From assembly GCA_038131935.1 (NCBI GenBank), contig JAYPQH010000030.1:44067-108066 (forward strand): 64,000 bases of DNA, in the 5' to 3' direction. The DNA comes from Alphaproteobacteria bacterium. Lineage in GTDB: Bacteria > Pseudomonadota > Alphaproteobacteria > UBA8317. Numbering within the stretch: the first letter of the stretch is position 1; each line of letters opens with the position of its first letter. This document shows positions 43,526 through 54,677 of the stretch, piece after piece. The notes beneath the pieces are model-generated. The model did not search any database, was not told the origin of the DNA, and saw nothing but the letters and a program-made list of their open reading frames with translations. A program made the position numbers and the translations under genes.

Positions 43526-45161
43526 TGCTTGAGCAAGTTACTGTGGCGCAGAAACAACTCGGCTACTTGGTATTGGCCCGAAAATATCGGCCTCAAAAAT
43601 TTTCTGATTTGGTGGGGCAAGAAGCCCTTGTGCGTACCCTGCAGCACGCCTTTTCAAGCGGGAGAATTGCCCATGCATTCATGCTCACAGGTATCAGGGG
43701 GTAGGCAAAACCACCACCGCACGCATCATTGCGAAAGGACTGAATTGCGCATCGACCTCAGAGCCAACGATGGAGCCATGTGGCCAGTGCGGTCCATGCC
43801 TTGGAATTGCTCAAGGCCGGCATGTTGATGTTTTGGAAATGGATGCCGCATCACGAACGGGCATAGATGATATCCGTGAAATTCTTGATTCTGTTGCGTA
43901 TAAACCTGTGGAAGCTCGCTACAAATTATACATCATTGATGAGGTGCATATGCTGTCCAAAGCGGCGTTTAATGGGCTGCTGAAGACATTGGAAGAACCC
44001 CCACCTCATGTGAAGTTTCTTTTTGCAACCACGGAAATCAAAAAAGTCCCTGTTACGGTTTTGTCGCGTTGCCAGCGTTTTGATTTACGTCGCATAGAAG
44101 TCTCAGAAATCGCAAGTTACTTGGATCATGTTTGCCAAAAAGAGCAAGTTGATGCTGAGCCCCATGCGTTGAAGCGCCTCGCGCGGGCGTCAGAGGGGTC
44201 TATGCGAGATGCCCTGTCTATGTTGGATCAAGCTATTGCCCATGATGGCGGTCAAAAGCTGACAGCTTCCGTCGTTGAGGCGATGCTCGGTTTGATGGAT
44301 GAGGGGCGAAAGGTCGATCTTTTAGAGGATCTTCTATCTGGACGTATCGCGGAGGCTCTGCATCTGCATGATGAGTTGTTTCGTTCAGGTGCGGATCCTG
44401 TTTCCACCATCGCAGATTTGGCTGGTTTGGTGCATGAGCTGACGCGTTTGAAAATTGATCAAGAATTTCCCATGGAGGAAAAATTTCCATCAGACATCGC
44501 AAAGAAGTTGTTGGATATTGCAGCAGCTATGGATATTGGCGTCTTGGTACGCCTATTTGACATGCTGGAAAAAGCATTCCAGCACATCCAATTATCGGAA
44601 CAAAAGAAAGCAGCTCTTGATATGGCGCTGATCCGTATTGCCTACACTTCCGTTCAGCCAACCCCTGGCGACGTGGTGCGGATGATACAGGAAAACAAAT
44701 CACAGGCCATTGATGCACAGCCAAAGACGAAACCGGAACCTCAAAACGAAACAGTATCAACCCAAAGTTTGCCGAATTTTGAGGCTATAATGGCTGCCCT
44801 AGATGACCAAAGAGAAGTCACACTTTCGCGTGAGGTCATGCGTTATCTCCGCATTGAACAATGCCGTGACGGTTATCTTGAGATGGGTTTGGCGGATGGT
44901 GCTCCCAAAGATATAGCCAACAGGTTAAAGCAGTTCTTGCATCGATATACAGGATCAAATTGGGTTGTTTCCGTTGTGCAATCGATCAAGCCAACAGAAC
45001 AAGAACGACAAGAACATTTGAAAGAACAGTTGCGTCAACGGGTGGTGGAATCACCATTTGCGCGGATGCTCAGAGAACATTTCCCAGGCGCCCAATTGAC
45101 AGACGTTAAAGAAATTCAACAGACACAAACCCCTCAAACCAGGAGAGCAGCCGATGTTTAA
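43526..45161 (+). CDS. dnaX: DNA polymerase III subunit tau/gamma, with a 1-nt frame break in the Walker A region (~43697-43704)
   Basis: N-terminus MLEQVTVAQKQLGYLVLARKYRPQKF..; frame ends at ATCAGGGGGTAG, whereas one more G restores IRGVGKTTTARIIA; rest of the protein continues to 45161. Confidence 0.85.
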
Positions 45162-45486
45162 AGGTCTAGGCAATATGGCCGGCATGATGAAACAAATGCA
45201 AGAAATGCAGTCTAAAATGGCGGAGGTGCAAGACCGTTTGGACGACATAGAAGTCATTGGAAGTGCCGCAGCAGGTTTGGTGCAAATCACAGCAACAGCC
45301 AAAGGAGAAGTAAAGCAATGTCGTATTGACCCCTCACTGTTGGCAGATGGGGATATATCTATCATCGAAGATTTGGTTGTTGCTGCGGTGAATGACGTTC
45401 GAGAAAAAGCTGCGTCCAAAACCCAAGAGGAAATGGCAGAATTAACCAAAGGCTTGCCATTACCTCCTGGCTTTAACCTCGGATGA
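45154..45486 (+). CDS. ybaB: nucleoid-associated protein YbaB/EbfC
   Basis: 110 aa; conserved family sequence; canonical dnaX-ybaB-recR arrangement. Confidence 0.85.
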   Translation: MFKGLGNMAGMMKQMQEMQSKMAEVQDRLDDIEVIGSAAAGLVQITATAKGEVKQCRIDPSLLADGDISIIEDLVVAAVNDVREKAASKTQEEMAELTKGLPLPPGFNLG

Positions 45487-45508
45487 AGTTAGCCATAGGT
45501 CAAAGATC

Positions 45509-46114
45509 ATGAATGACACGTTTCAGGTGGCTTCAGAGCTAGAGCGGCTGATCAAATTGCTGGCAAAACTACCTGGTTTAGGACCACGATCTTCCCGGCG
45601 CATGGCCCTTCAAATGTTAACCCAACGTGAGCTGCTGCTAGAGCCTATCAGAGAAGCATTGGCTGCAGTGGCAGATCAGGTGGGTGAGTGTCAGCATTGT
45701 GGCAATCTTGACACGCGACAACCATGTACCATTTGCGCCAATCCACGTCGCAATTCAAAAGAGTTATGTCTTGTGGAAGCCGTTGGCGATTTGTGGGCTA
45801 TGGAGCGCAGTGGTGCGTTTCAGGGGCGCTATCTGGTATTAGGTGGCTTGATGTCTGCTTTGGAGGGTGTTGGCCCTGAACAGTTGCGCTTGCACCGGTT
45901 GGAAAATGCAATTGGTGAAGGTGCACAGGAAATCATCATGGCATTACCTGCGACGATGGAAGGGCAGGCCACGGCTCATTATATTGCTGAGATGGTGCGA
46001 CCACATCAAGTCCATATCAGCAGTTTGGCAAGGGGGATTCCATTGGGTGGTGAGTTGGACTATCTCGATGATGGAACGTTAAAATTGGCTTTTGGTACGC
46101 GACAACGGATATAA
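45509..46114 (+). CDS. recR: recombination protein RecR
   Basis: HhH N-terminus, C4 zinc finger CQHCGNLDTRQPCTIC, Toprim domain. Confidence 0.9.
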   Translation: MNDTFQVASELERLIKLLAKLPGLGPRSSRRMALQMLTQRELLLEPIREALAAVADQVGECQHCGNLDTRQPCTICANPRRNSKELCLVEAVGDLWAMERSGAFQGRYLVLGGLMSALEGVGPEQLRLHRLENAIGEGAQEIIMALPATMEGQATAHYIAEMVRPHQVHISSLARGIPLGGELDYLDDGTLKLAFGTRQRI

Positions 46115-46150
46115 AGGCGCGTGAGAAGCCTGAATTGTTAAAAGGAATTT

Positions 46151-46672
46151 GTGATGGCTATCCTTGAGATATTAACCGCACCTGATCCACGGCTTGAAGA
46201 AGTTTGCAAACCGGTCGAGGCTGTTGATGCATCTATACGTCAACTGATGGATGATATGTTGGAGACCATGTATGACGCGCCAGGAATTGGCTTGGCAGCT
46301 ATCCAGGTGGGTGTGCATAAGCGGGTGATTGTTGTGGATGTGGCAAAAGATGGTGAGGAACCTAACCCTATTCGCATGGCCAACCCGGAAATCATAGACG
46401 AAGATGAAGAGCTCTCCGTTTATCAAGAAGGTTGTTTGTCTGTGCCGGACATCTTTGAAGATGTCACCAGACCCAAGCGTTGCGTTGTGCGTTACCTAGA
46501 TGAGCACAATCAGCCCAATGAATTGGCCATGGACGGCTTGCTTGCAACCTGCGTGCAGCATGAAATTGATCATTTGAATGGTATCTTGTTTATCGATCAT
46601 CTCTCACGTTTAAAAAAGACGATGGCGATAAAAAAACTTGTAAAACGGCGCAAGCTGAAGGCAGCATCATAA
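46151..46672 (+). CDS. def: peptide deformylase
   Basis: Motifs GIGLAAIQVG, EGCLSVP, QHEIDHLNG. Confidence 0.9.
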   Translation: MMAILEILTAPDPRLEEVCKPVEAVDASIRQLMDDMLETMYDAPGIGLAAIQVGVHKRVIVVDVAKDGEEPNPIRMANPEIIDEDEELSVYQEGCLSVPDIFEDVTRPKRCVVRYLDEHNQPNELAMDGLLATCVQHEIDHLNGILFIDHLSRLKKTMAIKKLVKRRKLKAAS

Positions 46673-46676
46673 ATCC

Positions 46677-47609
46677 ATGGCGCGTATATTTTTTATGGGC
46701 ACCCCAGAATTTGCCCAGCATAGTTTGGAAGCACTTGTTGCATCCCCACATGAAGTGGTGGCGGTGGCAAGCCAACCCCCACGGCGTTCTGGTCGAGGCA
46801 TGAAGGAACGTTTAAGCCCCGTTCATGAATATGCATGCCAACATGATATTCCCGTGATAACACCCCTTAGGCTGCGTGATCCTGTTGTGCAGCAGGAAAT
46901 GGCATCATTTGATGCAGATTTGGCCATTGTCGCTGCATATGGATTGCTTTTGCCTAGCGCTGTGTTGGGTATGTTCCCATTGGGATGTATGAATTTGCAT
47001 GCGTCTTTATTGCCTCGTTGGCGTGGTGCTGCCCCCATTCAGAGGGCGATCATGGCAGGTGATGATGAGACCGGGATTTGCTTTATGCGCATGACAGAAG
47101 GCCTTGATGAAGGTCCTGTCCATGACCGCGTACATTGCACCATCCATGAAAACGATACCTTCATGGATGTACATGATCGATTGACACAATTGGCATCAGT
47201 CCATGTGGTTTCATGGGTCGATGACTTGGTTGCAGGTGTATCTCAGCCTGTTGAGCAAACACATGAAAAGGCTGTTTATGCATCCAAAATCACCAAGGCA
47301 GAGGCGGAATTATCCTTTGCTCAATCAAGCCAAATTATTGCCCGCAAGATAAATGCTTTGTCACCCTTTCCTGGTGCTTTTGTTATGCTGGATGGTCAAA
47401 GAATTAAATTTCTCCGTGCCCAAGCATGTGATCAAGATATCCAAAAGCCTCAGGGATCTATTCTAGACGTCAATGATCAAGGCGTTGATATAGCATGCGC
47501 ACAAGGCGTTGTCCGCATAACAAGACTGCAACGTGCCGGCAAAGGCCCCCAGGATGTGGCTGAATTTTTGCGCGGCTTTTCTTTTCCCCAAGATGGAATT
47601 TTAGGCTGA
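46677..47609 (+). CDS. fmt: methionyl-tRNA formyltransferase
   Basis: Formyl-transferase N-domain (IFFMGTPEFA; CMNLHASLLPRWRGAAPIQRAI) plus C-terminal domain; def-fmt pair. Confidence 0.9.
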   Translation: MARIFFMGTPEFAQHSLEALVASPHEVVAVASQPPRRSGRGMKERLSPVHEYACQHDIPVITPLRLRDPVVQQEMASFDADLAIVAAYGLLLPSAVLGMFPLGCMNLHASLLPRWRGAAPIQRAIMAGDDETGICFMRMTEGLDEGPVHDRVHCTIHENDTFMDVHDRLTQLASVHVVSWVDDLVAGVSQPVEQTHEKAVYASKITKAEAELSFAQSSQIIARKINALSPFPGAFVMLDGQRIKFLRAQACDQDIQKPQGSILDVNDQGVDIACAQGVVRITRLQRAGKGPQDVAEFLRGFSFPQDGILG

Positions 47610-48391
47610 TGCCACGTTACTTCTTGTTGATTGAGTATCATGGTGGTGCATTTTCTGGGTGGCAGCGTCAGCATGATCAGCCATCAGTGCAAGCGGTTAT
47701 TGAAGATGCCTGTGCGCAATTGGGAGAACGTGATGTTTTGGTCTATGGCGCAGGGCGCACAGATGCGGGTGTTCATGCCCGTGGAATGGTGGCGCATGTG
47801 GATATGCAACGTGAATGGCCCGAGCGTAAGCTGCCGCTGGCGCTGAATGCGCATATTGCAAGATCTGATGTGGCTATTTTGAAAACGTTCAGGGTAGGAG
47901 ACGATCATCATGCAAGGTTTGATGCCGTGGCAAGAACCTATGAGTTTCGGTTTCTTGATCATGCTGTCCGTTCACCTTTGCGCCATGGTCAAGTTTGGTA
48001 CCGGAACAAAATATTGCAAGCTGATGTGATGCATCATGCGGCCCAATGTTTGATCGGTCGACATGATTTGACAACATTTCGTTCGACGCAGTGTCAGGCA
48101 AAGTCACCGATTAGGACCATTACAAAAGTGGATATTACACGCCAGGCCGATGAAGTTTTGATGACTGTGACGGCACCATCTTTTTTACATAATCAAATAC
48201 GCTCCCTAGCCGGAAGTTTAGATTTGGTGGGTCAAGGGAAATGGTCAGCTGAGAATTTTGCTGATGCATTGAAGGCTTGTGATCGTTCAGCCTGTGGGCC
48301 CGTGGCTCCAGCTGAAGGTCTTTGTCTCACGGAGATACAATATGCCGCAGACATTCAACGTATAATAGATCAAGAGTCCAGCGTAATTTAG
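47609..48391 (+). CDS. truA: tRNA pseudouridine(38-40) synthase
   Basis: Catalytic block GAGRTDAGVHA; start overlaps the fmt stop. Confidence 0.85.
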   Translation: MPRYFLLIEYHGGAFSGWQRQHDQPSVQAVIEDACAQLGERDVLVYGAGRTDAGVHARGMVAHVDMQREWPERKLPLALNAHIARSDVAILKTFRVGDDHHARFDAVARTYEFRFLDHAVRSPLRHGQVWYRNKILQADVMHHAAQCLIGRHDLTTFRSTQCQAKSPIRTITKVDITRQADEVLMTVTAPSFLHNQIRSLAGSLDLVGQGKWSAENFADALKACDRSACGPVAPAEGLCLTEIQYAADIQRIIDQESSVI

Positions 48392-48495
48392 GTAACTTGG
48401 TCAAAAAAACATTTTGGTTTGGGGCTGTTTTGTTTGATCAAATGCCATAGTTCTGGTGAAATACAGACTTGAGTAGAGTCTTGAAAGGACGAAAC

Positions 48496-49781
48496 ATGAG
48501 GTTTGCTCTTCTGACAGGTGCCGTGGTTGGGGCTATGATTGGCCTTGCGATAGAGGTTGTCGATTCGTCTCGACCTCGCGTCGAGGCTGCCGATGTTGAG
48601 ACATATAAGCAGTTGAATTTGTTTGGGGAGATATTTGATCGCGTCAAAGAAAATTACGTCTCTGAAACATCAGACAAAGAGCTGATCAACGCGGCTATCA
48701 ATGGAATGCTTTCCAAGTTAGACCCACACTCAGCCTTTCTTGATGCCGAAAGTTTTAAAGCCATGCGTATCCAAACCAAGGGAGAGTTTGGAGGGTTGGG
48801 CATTGAAGTCGGAATGGAGAATGGTTTGGTAAAAGTCATTTCACCTATCGATGATACACCGCTGCGCGTGCAGGTATGAAGTCTGGTGATCTTATTGTAA
48901 AATTAGATGATGCAGAGGTGATGGGGCTTACGTTACGTGAAGCCGTCGATTTGATGCGTGGTGAAGTGGGCAGGTCCATTCGCTTGTCGGTCAAACGTCC
49001 TGGTGTCGAGGATCTGTTGGAGATTACCATTGTACGCGATGTGATACGTCTTAGACCCGTACGCCACCGGGTTGAAGATGATATTGGGTATGTCAGGGTC
49101 GTGACCTTTAACGAACATACGACCGAAGAGTTAGAAAAAGCGACGGCAGATTTGATTGAAAAGATAGGTTTATCAAACCTGAAGGGCTTTGTGTTGGATT
49201 TGCGTAACAATCCTGGAGGGTTGCTCAACCAAGCGGTGCAAGTAAGTGACGCTTTCCTAGAGCGTGGAGATATTGTTTCGACCCGCGGAAGAGAGAAGGA
49301 TTCAGAAGTCCGCTACGCGGCCCGTCGCGGAGATATTTCTCAAGGAAAGCCCCTTGTGGTGTTGGTCAATGGCGGAAGTGCATCTGCTTCAGAAATCGTC
49401 GCGGGTGCGCTTCAGGATCATGGACGGGCGCTGATTTTGGGGACAAAAACATTTGGGAAAGGCTCTGTGCAAACCATCATTCCGGTGGGGCCTCAAGGTG
49501 CGCTAAAGCTCACAACAGGGTTGTATTACACCCCATCTGGTCGTTCCATCCAGGCCGCTGGTATCATTCCTGATCTTGAGATTGAACAAGGACGCTTGGA
49601 AACCAATGATAATGGGCAAAAACCGCGCAAAGAAGCAGATTTGCGTGGACGTTTGGACAACCCTGATGGTGACGCAGGCCAACCAGTTCAACCGAAAGAT
49701 GATCAAGTGCTGGAAGAAAAAAGTGATTACCAGTTAACTTATGCGTTGAACCTGTTGCGTGGTTTGTCCAAGCTTAAATGA
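48496..49781 (+). CDS. ctpA: carboxy-terminal processing protease (S41 family), frameshifted near 48870-48880
   Basis: PDZ region and S41 catalytic part (GGSASASEIVAGALQDHGRALILGTKTFGKGSVQ) lie in two frames; RBS GAAAGGA before ATG 48496. Confidence 0.8.
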
Positions 49782-49783
49782 AG

Positions 49784-50386
49784 CTAGGACGCAGGTGGGG
49801 GGCCAGGAGGTTGAGGCAAATCTCCTAATCCTCCACTGAGAACGATGGCAACATACGTGCTGAGCATATCAATGGCGACGATGGCCGTTGCACTCCATCC
49901 CCCAATACTCAGAAGTGATTTTGCAATTCGCCAGCGATAGATCATCAAATAAACACCCACAACCATAAGAATAATTTGGGCCCCGATCGCTCCGGTCGCA
50001 CTACTTGCGAGCAAAAAAATAGGAAGAATGCTGATAGCTTCAATAACAACATTTGACCAATTCCAACCCACAAGAAAGCTAAGGACGTGATTTTTACGAT
50101 CAATCAATACCGCTAAAGGGATCATAATGATGGGAAAAGTGACCCAACGAAGAATGTAATACCATATGTCAAACTTCATGAGGTTGGCGTTGGAACCATC
50201 AGGCGTGGTAAATTCAAGGGTAGAAAGCATAAGGTGAAGGGGAAGAACAATAAGCGGGGCCAAAAAAGAGACAGCGACCCCATGAAGGCTTAAGTCAAAA
50301 GCGTCTTTTGCATTCGGTTTGTTTGCCAAAAAACCAATGGCTCCGCGCAAACCTGCTTGTATAGATGCCCCTATTGCTTGCATCAC
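49784..50386 (-). CDS. hypothetical polytopic membrane protein
   Basis: 200 aa, about six hydrophobic segments, Pro/Gly-rich tail; no family recognised. Confidence 0.4.
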   Translation of the reverse strand: MMQAIGASIQAGLRGAIGFLANKPNAKDAFDLSLHGVAVSFLAPLIVLPLHLMLSTLEFTTPDGSNANLMKFDIWYYILRWVTFPIIMIPLAVLIDRKNHVLSFLVGWNWSNVVIEAISILPIFLLASSATGAIGAQIILMVVGVYLMIYRWRIAKSLLSIGGWSATAIVAIDMLSTYVAIVLSGGLGDLPQPPGPPPAS

Positions 50387-51549
50387 AGACCATAAAAACG
50401 CTGTAAAAATTTCAGGTAGACTTGGTGTAGCGTTTCCAAGTCAGCCATCATTACCCGTTCATCAATTTGGTGCATGGTCGCGCCAATAACACCATATTCC
50501 ATGACCGGACAAATCTCTTTGATGAAGCGACCATCTGAGGTGCCTCCAGTTGTTGAGAGCTCGGGACGACGTCCTGTTACGGCTTCAATAACGTCTTGGA
50601 GGCTGTGGGCATGGGTTGTGTCATCCATGACGAAACTTGTTCCCGAGCAGCTCCATTCAAATGTAACCTGATCTGAGCAACCTGATTGATGAATGAGGTC
50701 ACGGATATGGGCTTCCAAGGCCCATTCATCATGCGCATCGTTAAACCGAATATTAAACCTTGCACTTGCTTGGGCTGGGATAATGTTGGTGACGGCATTG
50801 CCGACATCTATGCTTGTGATTTCCAAATTGCTGGGTTGGAAATGTTCTGTTCCATCGTCCAAATGCCAATTTTTGAGTTTGTGCAGAATGTCGAGTAGTT
50901 TGGGAACGGGATTGTCGGCGCGATGAGGGTAGGCGACATGCCCTTGGGTTCCTTCAACATGAATAACACCATTAAACGAGCCGCGTCTGCCTACTTTGAT
51001 CATATCGCCCATATGTGATGGGTTGGTAGGCTCTCCAATCAGGCATAAGTCAGGTATCATGTTATGTTCACGTAACCATTCTACCTGCCGGCGGGTTCCA
51101 TTGATCGCTGCACCTTCTTCATCTCCGGTGATGATGAGAGACATCTGAACATCTGGATACTGGGTAACAAAGCGCTCGGCAGCAACCACAAATGCCGCAA
51201 TTGCCCCCTTCATATCTGAGACCCCACGACCGACAATCATGCCGTCATCAATATGCATTTGGAATGGATCTGATCGCCACTCATCAAGGGGGCCTGGAGG
51301 AACCACATCCGTATGACCAGCAAAAGCCAGATGCGGTCCTTGCTCACCCCGATGTGCAATCAAATTCATGACCCGCTCTTCTCCCTCGCCAAATGGTAGA
51401 AGATGCGTTTGAAACCCACTCTGTTCCAGCCTGTTGGCCAAAAATGCCAACAGTCCCTCATCTTTTGGGGCCACTGATGGATAGCTAACCAATTCTGCTG
51501 TGAGGGCTATCACGGGAGAGAGATGTTGGTCCGTCATTTGTTTACTCAA
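50383..51549 (-). CDS. dapE: succinyl-diaminopimelate desuccinylase
   Basis: M20 peptidase motifs ([24 protein letters not shown]); overlaps dapD. Confidence 0.85.
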   Translation of the reverse strand: MSKQMTDQHLSPVIALTAELVSYPSVAPKDEGLLAFLANRLEQSGFQTHLLPFGEGEERVMNLIAHRGEQGPHLAFAGHTDVVPPGPLDEWRSDPFQMHIDDGMIVGRGVSDMKGAIAAFVVAAERFVTQYPDVQMSLIITGDEEGAAINGTRRQVEWLREHNMIPDLCLIGEPTNPSHMGDMIKVGRRGSFNGVIHVEGTQGHVAYPHRADNPVPKLLDILHKLKNWHLDDGTEHFQPSNLEITSIDVGNAVTNIIPAQASARFNIRFNDAHDEWALEAHIRDLIHQSGCSDQVTFEWSCSGTSFVMDDTTHAHSLQDVIEAVTGRRPELSTTGGTSDGRFIKEICPVMEYGVIGATMHQIDERVMMADLETLHQVYLKFLQRFYGL

Positions 51550-52376
51550 TCCCTCAACAGCTCATTAATACCTGTTTTGGAACGTGTCTGTGCGTCCACT
51601 GTTTTGACAATGACGGCGCAGTAGAGTGATGGACCTCCACGTGGGTCAGGTAGGCTACCAGGGACCACAACAGAATAGGCTGGTACCTCACCTCGATGAA
51701 CTGTTCCTGAAGCACGGTCAATAATTTTTGTAGATGCACCAAGATAAACGCCCATGGATAATACAGAGCCCTCGCGCACAATCACACCTTCGGCGACCTC
51801 TGAACGCGCGCCTACAAAGACGTTATCCTCAATGATGACAGGGCCAGCCTGTAAGGGCTCAAGAACCCCGCCTATACCGGCACCACCTGAAATGTGACAA
51901 TTCTTACCGATTTGCGCACAAGATCCCACCGTCGCCCAAGTATCAACCATGGTGCCCTCATCAACATAGGCGCCCAAATTTACAAACGATGGCATCAAGA
52001 CCACGCCTGGTGCGACAAAAGCTGAATGACGAACAATGGCCCCGGGTACAGAACGGAAGCCTGCATCTGTAAAGTTTTTGGCATCCCAATGGGAAAACTT
52101 TGATGGCACTTTATCCCACCAATTGGCATGTCCAGGGCCGCCAGAAATCACCTCCATGGGGTTGAGGCGGAATGATAACAACACAGCCATTTTCAGCCAT
52201 TGATGAACAACCCACTGGCCGTCCTCATTGCGCGAGGCCACCCTGAGTTGACCATTGTCCAAATAGGTTAGGGCCTCTTTGACCGCATCACGTATTTCTC
52301 CTTTGGTGTTGGCATTGACGCTGTCGCGCTGTTCAAAGGCAGTTTCGATGATGTTCTGCAATGTTTGATGGTCCAT
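51546..52376 (-). CDS. dapD: 2,3,4,5-tetrahydropyridine-2,6-dicarboxylate N-succinyltransferase
   Basis: Hexapeptide-repeat left-handed beta-helix acyltransferase with DapD-type N-domain. Confidence 0.85.
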   Translation of the reverse strand: MDHQTLQNIIETAFEQRDSVNANTKGEIRDAVKEALTYLDNGQLRVASRNEDGQWVVHQWLKMAVLLSFRLNPMEVISGGPGHANWWDKVPSKFSHWDAKNFTDAGFRSVPGAIVRHSAFVAPGVVLMPSFVNLGAYVDEGTMVDTWATVGSCAQIGKNCHISGGAGIGGVLEPLQAGPVIIEDNVFVGARSEVAEGVIVREGSVLSMGVYLGASTKIIDRASGTVHRGEVPAYSVVVPGSLPDPRGGPSLYCAVIVKTVDAQTRSKTGINELLRD

Positions 52377-52420
52377 GGTCCCGCTCCGTCGATTTGTTTC
52401 ATTACCTCAATATGGTATCT

Positions 52421-53122
52421 CTATGACGGGAATCCATGGCTGGACGCAATGCCTGCGTCAAGTTGTTGAGGTAAATTTTCTAAAATCCATTCCAAATGTT
52501 GGCAAAGTGTTGTGGCACATCTATCCCAAGATGGATGCATTGTAACCGGTTCCTCACCAATATGAAATGTGCGAAACCCAAATTTTTGAGCCATGTTCAG
52601 GTTAGGTATGTTGTCTTCAAACATAGCATGCGCATGGGGAGGATAGCCACTTTGCTGCAAAAGATAGTTAAACCCCATGCGATGCGGCTTGGGTTTGTAT
52701 TGGGTATGTTCAATCCCCACGATATCGTGAAACAAAGATAGGATGTCCATTTTTTGTAAAATGGTATGGGCATGTTCTAAGGGACCATTGGTAAACACCC
52801 ATTTCTGTCCTGGAAGTAAGGAAATCAGCTGTTTTGTCTGAGGGCAGGGTGTAATGGTGGAATAGTCAATATCATGCGCGTAAGCTAAAAAATGTTGTGG
52901 GGACAATCCATGGATATGATGCAACCCATGTAACGTAGCCCCAAAATGCTGCCAGTAATGCCGGCGACGGAGGTTGGCGTCTGTCCAGGGAAGTCCTGTC
53001 ATCTGCGCAATATAATTGGTCATGCGCTTGTCAATTTGTGGGAAAATGTCGGACCTTGCATCATAGATGGTATTGTCTAGGTCGAAGACCCATACATCAA
53101 TATCCCTAAGCCATGCTGCCAT
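52421..53122 (-). CDS. HAD-superfamily hydrolase (pyrimidine 5'-nucleotidase-like)
   Basis: HAD motif I VWVFDLDNTIY at the N-terminus; 233 aa. Confidence 0.6.
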   Translation of the reverse strand: MAAWLRDIDVWVFDLDNTIYDARSDIFPQIDKRMTNYIAQMTGLPWTDANLRRRHYWQHFGATLHGLHHIHGLSPQHFLAYAHDIDYSTITPCPQTKQLISLLPGQKWVFTNGPLEHAHTILQKMDILSLFHDIVGIEHTQYKPKPHRMGFNYLLQQSGYPPHAHAMFEDNIPNLNMAQKFGFRTFHIGEEPVTMHPSWDRCATTLCQHLEWILENLPQQLDAGIASSHGFPS

Positions 53123-54027
53123 CAGCGGTGAACCAATGTTCCAGCCCCATGTTCTGTAAACAATTCAAGCAAAACAGCATGTGGAGCTCTACCATCCATA
53201 ACGACTGCAGCTTCAACACCATGATGCAACGCATTGATACAGGTCTCCAGTTTGGGGATCATGCCACCTGTTGCGATATTGTTATCAACCAAATGTTGTG
53301 CATCGTCTTTGGACATTTTGGGAATAACATCGCCATCTGCATTTTTAACCCCGGCAACATCAGTCAACAACAAAAGACGGGTAGCCCCAATGGCTGCGGC
53401 GACCGCTCCGGCTGCGGTATCCGCATTGATGTTGTATGTCTCACCTTGCTCTCCAAAGCCTACAGGTGCAATTACCGGGATAACATCAGAACCAAAGAAG
53501 ACTTCTAGGATATCTGGTGTTACCTGAAGGGGTTCGCCGACGAAACCTAAGTCTATGAAGCGCTCAATATTGCTGTCACTTTCACGTGAGCGTCGCATGA
53601 GTTTTTTTGCTCGGATCAAAGAGCCATCTTTCCCTGAGAGGCCCACCGCTTTACCACCTGCTTTGTTGATGGCGGATACAATCATTTTGTTGATGGAGCC
53701 GGCCAAAACCATTTCAACAACTTCTACCATGGCCGCGTCCGTCACCCGCAATCCATCCACAAAGGTGGATTGAATTTTTAACCGTTCCAACATTTGGGCA
53801 ATCTGTGGACCACCGCCATGCACCACCACTGGGTCAATACCCACCTGTTTCATCAAGACGATGTCACGGGCAAATTCCTCAGAACGCTCTCTATTGCCCA
53901 TGGCATGTCCGCCATATTTGATGACGATACGCTTTCCTTCATAACGCTGTAGGTAAGGAAGCGCCTGAGATAGCGTGCTGGCGGTAGAAAGCCATTTTGC
54001 TGTTTTGGTGTCTGCGCTTGTTGTCAT
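53122..54027 (-). CDS. argB: acetylglutamate kinase
   Basis: AAK-family motifs ([19 protein letters not shown]); conserved engB-argB neighbour. Confidence 0.9.
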   Translation of the reverse strand: MTTSADTKTAKWLSTASTLSQALPYLQRYEGKRIVIKYGGHAMGNRERSEEFARDIVLMKQVGIDPVVVHGGGPQIAQMLERLKIQSTFVDGLRVTDAAMVEVVEMVLAGSINKMIVSAINKAGGKAVGLSGKDGSLIRAKKLMRRSRESDSNIERFIDLGFVGEPLQVTPDILEVFFGSDVIPVIAPVGFGEQGETYNINADTAAGAVAAAIGATRLLLLTDVAGVKNADGDVIPKMSKDDAQHLVDNNIATGGMIPKLETCINALHHGVEAAVVMDGRAPHAVLLELFTEHGAGTLVHR

Positions 54028-54044
54028 GGCACGATCCTCATCAT

Positions 54045-54665
54045 TTATGATTTTGCAAAGCTATAAAGGACTCCGCGAACAGCGTCCAACCCCTCACCAT
54101 CTTTCGAGCTCGTGATAATGACGTCAGGATGGCAGGCAATTAAACCTTTGGTGGCTGCATGTAAATCATCTGCCGCTTTTTTGCGTTCTTTCTGGGTCAG
54201 CTTATCGGCTTTGGTTCCAATGAGTTGATAGGATACGGCAGCCTCATCAAGCATTTTGGTGATTTCACGGTCATTGGCTTTCATGCCATGACGCAAATCA
54301 ATCAACACCAGCACCCGTCGTAATTGCTGACGGCCACGAAGATATTGGCGTAACAAACGGTTCCATGAGTCAACCAAACTTTTGGGTGCCTCAGCATAGC
54401 CATAGCCAGGCATGTCCACGACACTTAATTGTTTCTCACCTAGAATGAAGAAATTAAGTTGTTGGGTGCGTCCAGGTTGGTTTGATGTACGTGCGACCGT
54501 GCTGTCTCCTGCCAAGGCATTAATAAGGCTTGATTTCCCAACATTAGAGCGTCCAGCAAACGCAACCTCTGGAATCATGGCCAGCGGTAATTGCTGCAAA
54601 TGGGCAACGCCGCCCAAGAAGTTCCATGGACGGCGCACAAATTTTGTGGCGGGGCCTGCACTCAT
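54045..54665 (-). CDS. engB: ribosome-biogenesis GTPase EngB/YihA
   Basis: G1 [10 protein letters not shown]3 DMPGYG, G4 TKADK. Confidence 0.85.
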   Translation of the reverse strand: MSAGPATKFVRRPWNFLGGVAHLQQLPLAMIPEVAFAGRSNVGKSSLINALAGDSTVARTSNQPGRTQQLNFFILGEKQLSVVDMPGYGYAEAPKSLVDSWNRLLRQYLRGRQQLRRVLVLIDLRHGMKANDREITKMLDEAAVSYQLIGTKADKLTQKERKKAADDLHAATKGLIACHPDVIITSSKDGEGLDAVRGVLYSFAKS

Positions 54666-54677
54666 AACTCAGTGCCC

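Noticed and set aside
43690-43710. Programmed ribosomal frameshift in dnaX (tau/gamma)
   Set aside because: The break lies in the N-terminal P-loop at a G-run, not at the mid-gene A-AAA-AAG slippery site that produces gamma. Restoring one G gives the canonical Walker A, so an indel error is far more likely.
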